Source of the DNA: a virus
Reading direction: 5' to 3' (one strand)
Virus record (IMG/VR): IMGVR_UViG_3300002231_001563
Location: 103,581 to 167,580 of that record
DNA: 64,000 bases
Shown here: positions 62,593 through 64,000 of the stretch, in pieces
How positions within the stretch are numbered: position 1 is the first letter of the stretch
Layout: every line of letters starts with the position of its first letter
Program-made: the position numbers and the translations under genes
Notes under the pieces: model-generated
What the model was told of the DNA's origin: nothing
Databases searched by the model: none
What the model saw: the letters and a program-made list of their open reading frames with translations, nothing else

Positions 62593-62838
62593 ATGTCATC
62601 CAATAACTTACCAGGCGATTCTTCCCTTCCAACCGTCATTACCCGCGCTGACGCCATAATTATGTGGCGCAATACGGTATTACCCTATATACGCCGCGAA
62701 TTCGAGGCCGATGGTGTCCCCGATTATCCCGCTCGTTCCGAGTCTTTCAACAACTGGACTGATATGCTATGTAAAGACGGCGATATCAGCGAGTGGCAAT
62801 ATAATAACTGGACACATCCAGTCGAGTGTGGGAGCTAA
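62593..62838 (+). CDS. hypothetical early protein
   Basis: GAGCTATCAC leader shared with other early genes; FNNWTDMLCKDG.I.EWQYNNW. Confidence 0.6.
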   Translation: MSSNNLPGDSSLPTVITRADAIIMWRNTVLPYIRREFEADGVPDYPARSESFNNWTDMLCKDGDISEWQYNNWTHPVECGS

Positions 62839-62840
62839 TT

Positions 62841-63116
62841 ATGTCGGTTGAATCTACCAAATCACTAACCCCTTTCGAACAATCCCAATTGCGCGCAATT
62901 CAATTTGCGACGTCATTCCTCTATAATGCAGCTTTAACCGAGACTTTAAAGGCTCTCGATAGTATGCGCGGAGAAAGCTTTGAATTGCTTAAGCAAATGA
63001 AGGCTTCCGATGCCGATAATAAGTCGACTTATAGAGAGGCTATTAAGCTTAATATCCAGGACCGAAAATTCCTCTTAGAAACTATATTTACCCAACCCAT
63101 TGAAAAGGACGTTTAA
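62841..63116 (+). CDS. hypothetical protein
   Basis: GGGAG RBS. Confidence 0.55.
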   Translation: MSVESTKSLTPFEQSQLRAIQFATSFLYNAALTETLKALDSMRGESFELLKQMKASDADNKSTYREAIKLNIQDRKFLLETIFTQPIEKDV

Positions 63117-63119
63117 ACC

Positions 63120-63392
63120 ATGCATATCATTAATTACAAAGCAAATCAAACTATAGTTGAAGCCCGTGACGACGCGGGAAAACCCAGTTTCACCGCCCTT
63201 TTATCGTATGGCGTCCCACAGTGCGTTATTCTCCATAAGGAAGGTTTAAACTTAGTTACCACTAAGCGTTACTCAAACACTACTAACAAACACCGCAATG
63301 CCTATGTGCGCGATATGATGCCTTCGCAGTTCACAACCATCGAGGCCACACCCGCCGAGATTCAGGAAATTACTGGCTTAGAAACTGCATAA
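63120..63392 (+). CDS. hypothetical protein
   Basis: LLSYG...YSNTTNKHRN motif common in phage early proteins. Confidence 0.55.
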   Translation: MHIINYKANQTIVEARDDAGKPSFTALLSYGVPQCVILHKEGLNLVTTKRYSNTTNKHRNAYVRDMMPSQFTTIEATPAEIQEITGLETA

Positions 63393-63411
63393 TCGAGGTT
63401 ATAAAAATAAA

Positions 63412-63699
63412 ATGTCTATAGACTTATTCTTCACATCCAAAGGTGCCTTTCAGGCATTCGTTAAAAAGCAGCGTAGAACCAAGTTTTTCATGCCCATCGC
63501 CCAACGATATACACCTACCACTGATTGTAGGCATTCAAACTGCCTTGTCAGCAAGACACATATCCTGCATTGGTCCGACACTAATTTCTTTAATAGTGAC
63601 GTTATAAAGGTATCTTTGGACAGGGGCGTATATACCAGTTTTGCCTTCTGTTATCCTATGACTAAGGAGTATGCACAAAACGTAGGTTTAAAGGAGTAA
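63412..63699 (+). CDS. hypothetical protein
   Basis: ORF with GAGGT upstream. Confidence 0.5.
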   Translation: MSIDLFFTSKGAFQAFVKKQRRTKFFMPIAQRYTPTTDCRHSNCLVSKTHILHWSDTNFFNSDVIKVSLDRGVYTSFAFCYPMTKEYAQNVGLKE

Positions 63700-63896
63700 A
63701 TCATGCGAACGATTTGTCACACACGCGAAAACGATTTGTCAGGATAAAGGCCCACAATGGGGGGGTCCCCCCTCCCCTCCCGCTCGCCGGAAAGTCCCTT
63801 CCTAACTGGGTTATCGGCCAGGCCGGCCAGGTCGCCACGCGCTACACACCCAGAAAAATTCCCAGAATAAAAACGCAGCTTTTGCTTTTTGATGCG

Positions 63897-63904
63897 ACTA
63901 TTTA
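63897..63904 (+). promoter_or_regulatory. putative late promoter motif CTAnTTA
   Basis: ACTATTTA before ATG 63928. Confidence 0.55.
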
Positions 63905-63927
63905 TATACGAAAAGAGGATCCAAACC

Positions 63928-64000
63928 ATGAGAATAACGAAAAGCCAATTGCAAAGAATCATCAAGGAAGAAATCGAGAGAACTTTATTCGAAGATGATT
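63928..64000 (+). CDS. late-class protein N-terminus (runs off window end)
   Basis: ACTATTTA at 63897, GAGG RBS; MRITKSQLQRIIKEEIERTLFED. Confidence 0.6.
   Translation, partial: MRITKSQLQRIIKEEIERTLFEDD

Noticed and set aside
62834-62841. GCTAATTA as a late promoter
   Set aside because: It is formed by an SD, a stop codon and the next start inside the early operon, so it is probably coincidental.
433-63965. The many minus-strand and nested plus-strand ORFs in the ORF track (e.g. 3991-4404, 39922-40335, 46261-46803, 57365-57763, 61988-62416)
   Set aside because: They overlap well-supported + strand genes or promoters, lack RBSs and motifs, and look like shadow frames.
1-64000. Alternative genetic code (TAG/TGA recoding) as in some jumbo phages
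   Set aside because: Conserved genes (dnaE, nrdJ, groEL, recA, purA) are full length in the standard code and all three stops are used at gene ends.
1-64000. Bacterial chromosome or prophage origin, given housekeeping-like genes (dnaE, groEL, recA, purA, clpP)
   Set aside because: These genes are divergent, interleaved with virion genes on one strand under phage-type promoters, and no ribosomal or other cellular operon context or integrase is present.

Overview
This window is a 64-kb segment of a large, jumbo-type contractile-tailed (myovirus-like) bacteriophage genome. Essentially all real genes lie on the + strand. The modules run as follows. (1) 1-11.2 kb is the tail and baseplate block: sheath C-terminus, tube, assembly chaperone with a probable frameshift extension, tape measure, baseplate proteins. 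(2) 11.2-33.8 kb covers replication and nucleotide metabolism: minimal PolA, tubulin/FtsZ-like protein, SSB, FKBP, RecA, J-domain protein, 5'-3' exonuclease, DnaB-like helicase, class II RNR, GroES, DnaE, PurA, dUTPase and an IMPDH/GMP-reductase-family enzyme. (3) 33.8-48.1 kb mixes late and auxiliary genes: ClpP-like, YkuD-like, GroEL, cupin, lipoprotein protease and vWA protein, phosphomannomutase, nucleotidyltransferase. (4) 48.1-63.7 kb is an early/host-takeover region built from nine copies of a promoter with three -35-like hexamers. It drives about 24 divergent small beta-barrel paralogues, a MoxR/vWA pair, a double zinc-knuckle protein and an unannotated 52-aa acidic peptide ending in an SSB-tail-like DEELPF. 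I saw no tRNA, rRNA, CRISPR array, intein, integrase or stop-codon recoding. All product calls come from recognising motifs by eye, not from database searches.
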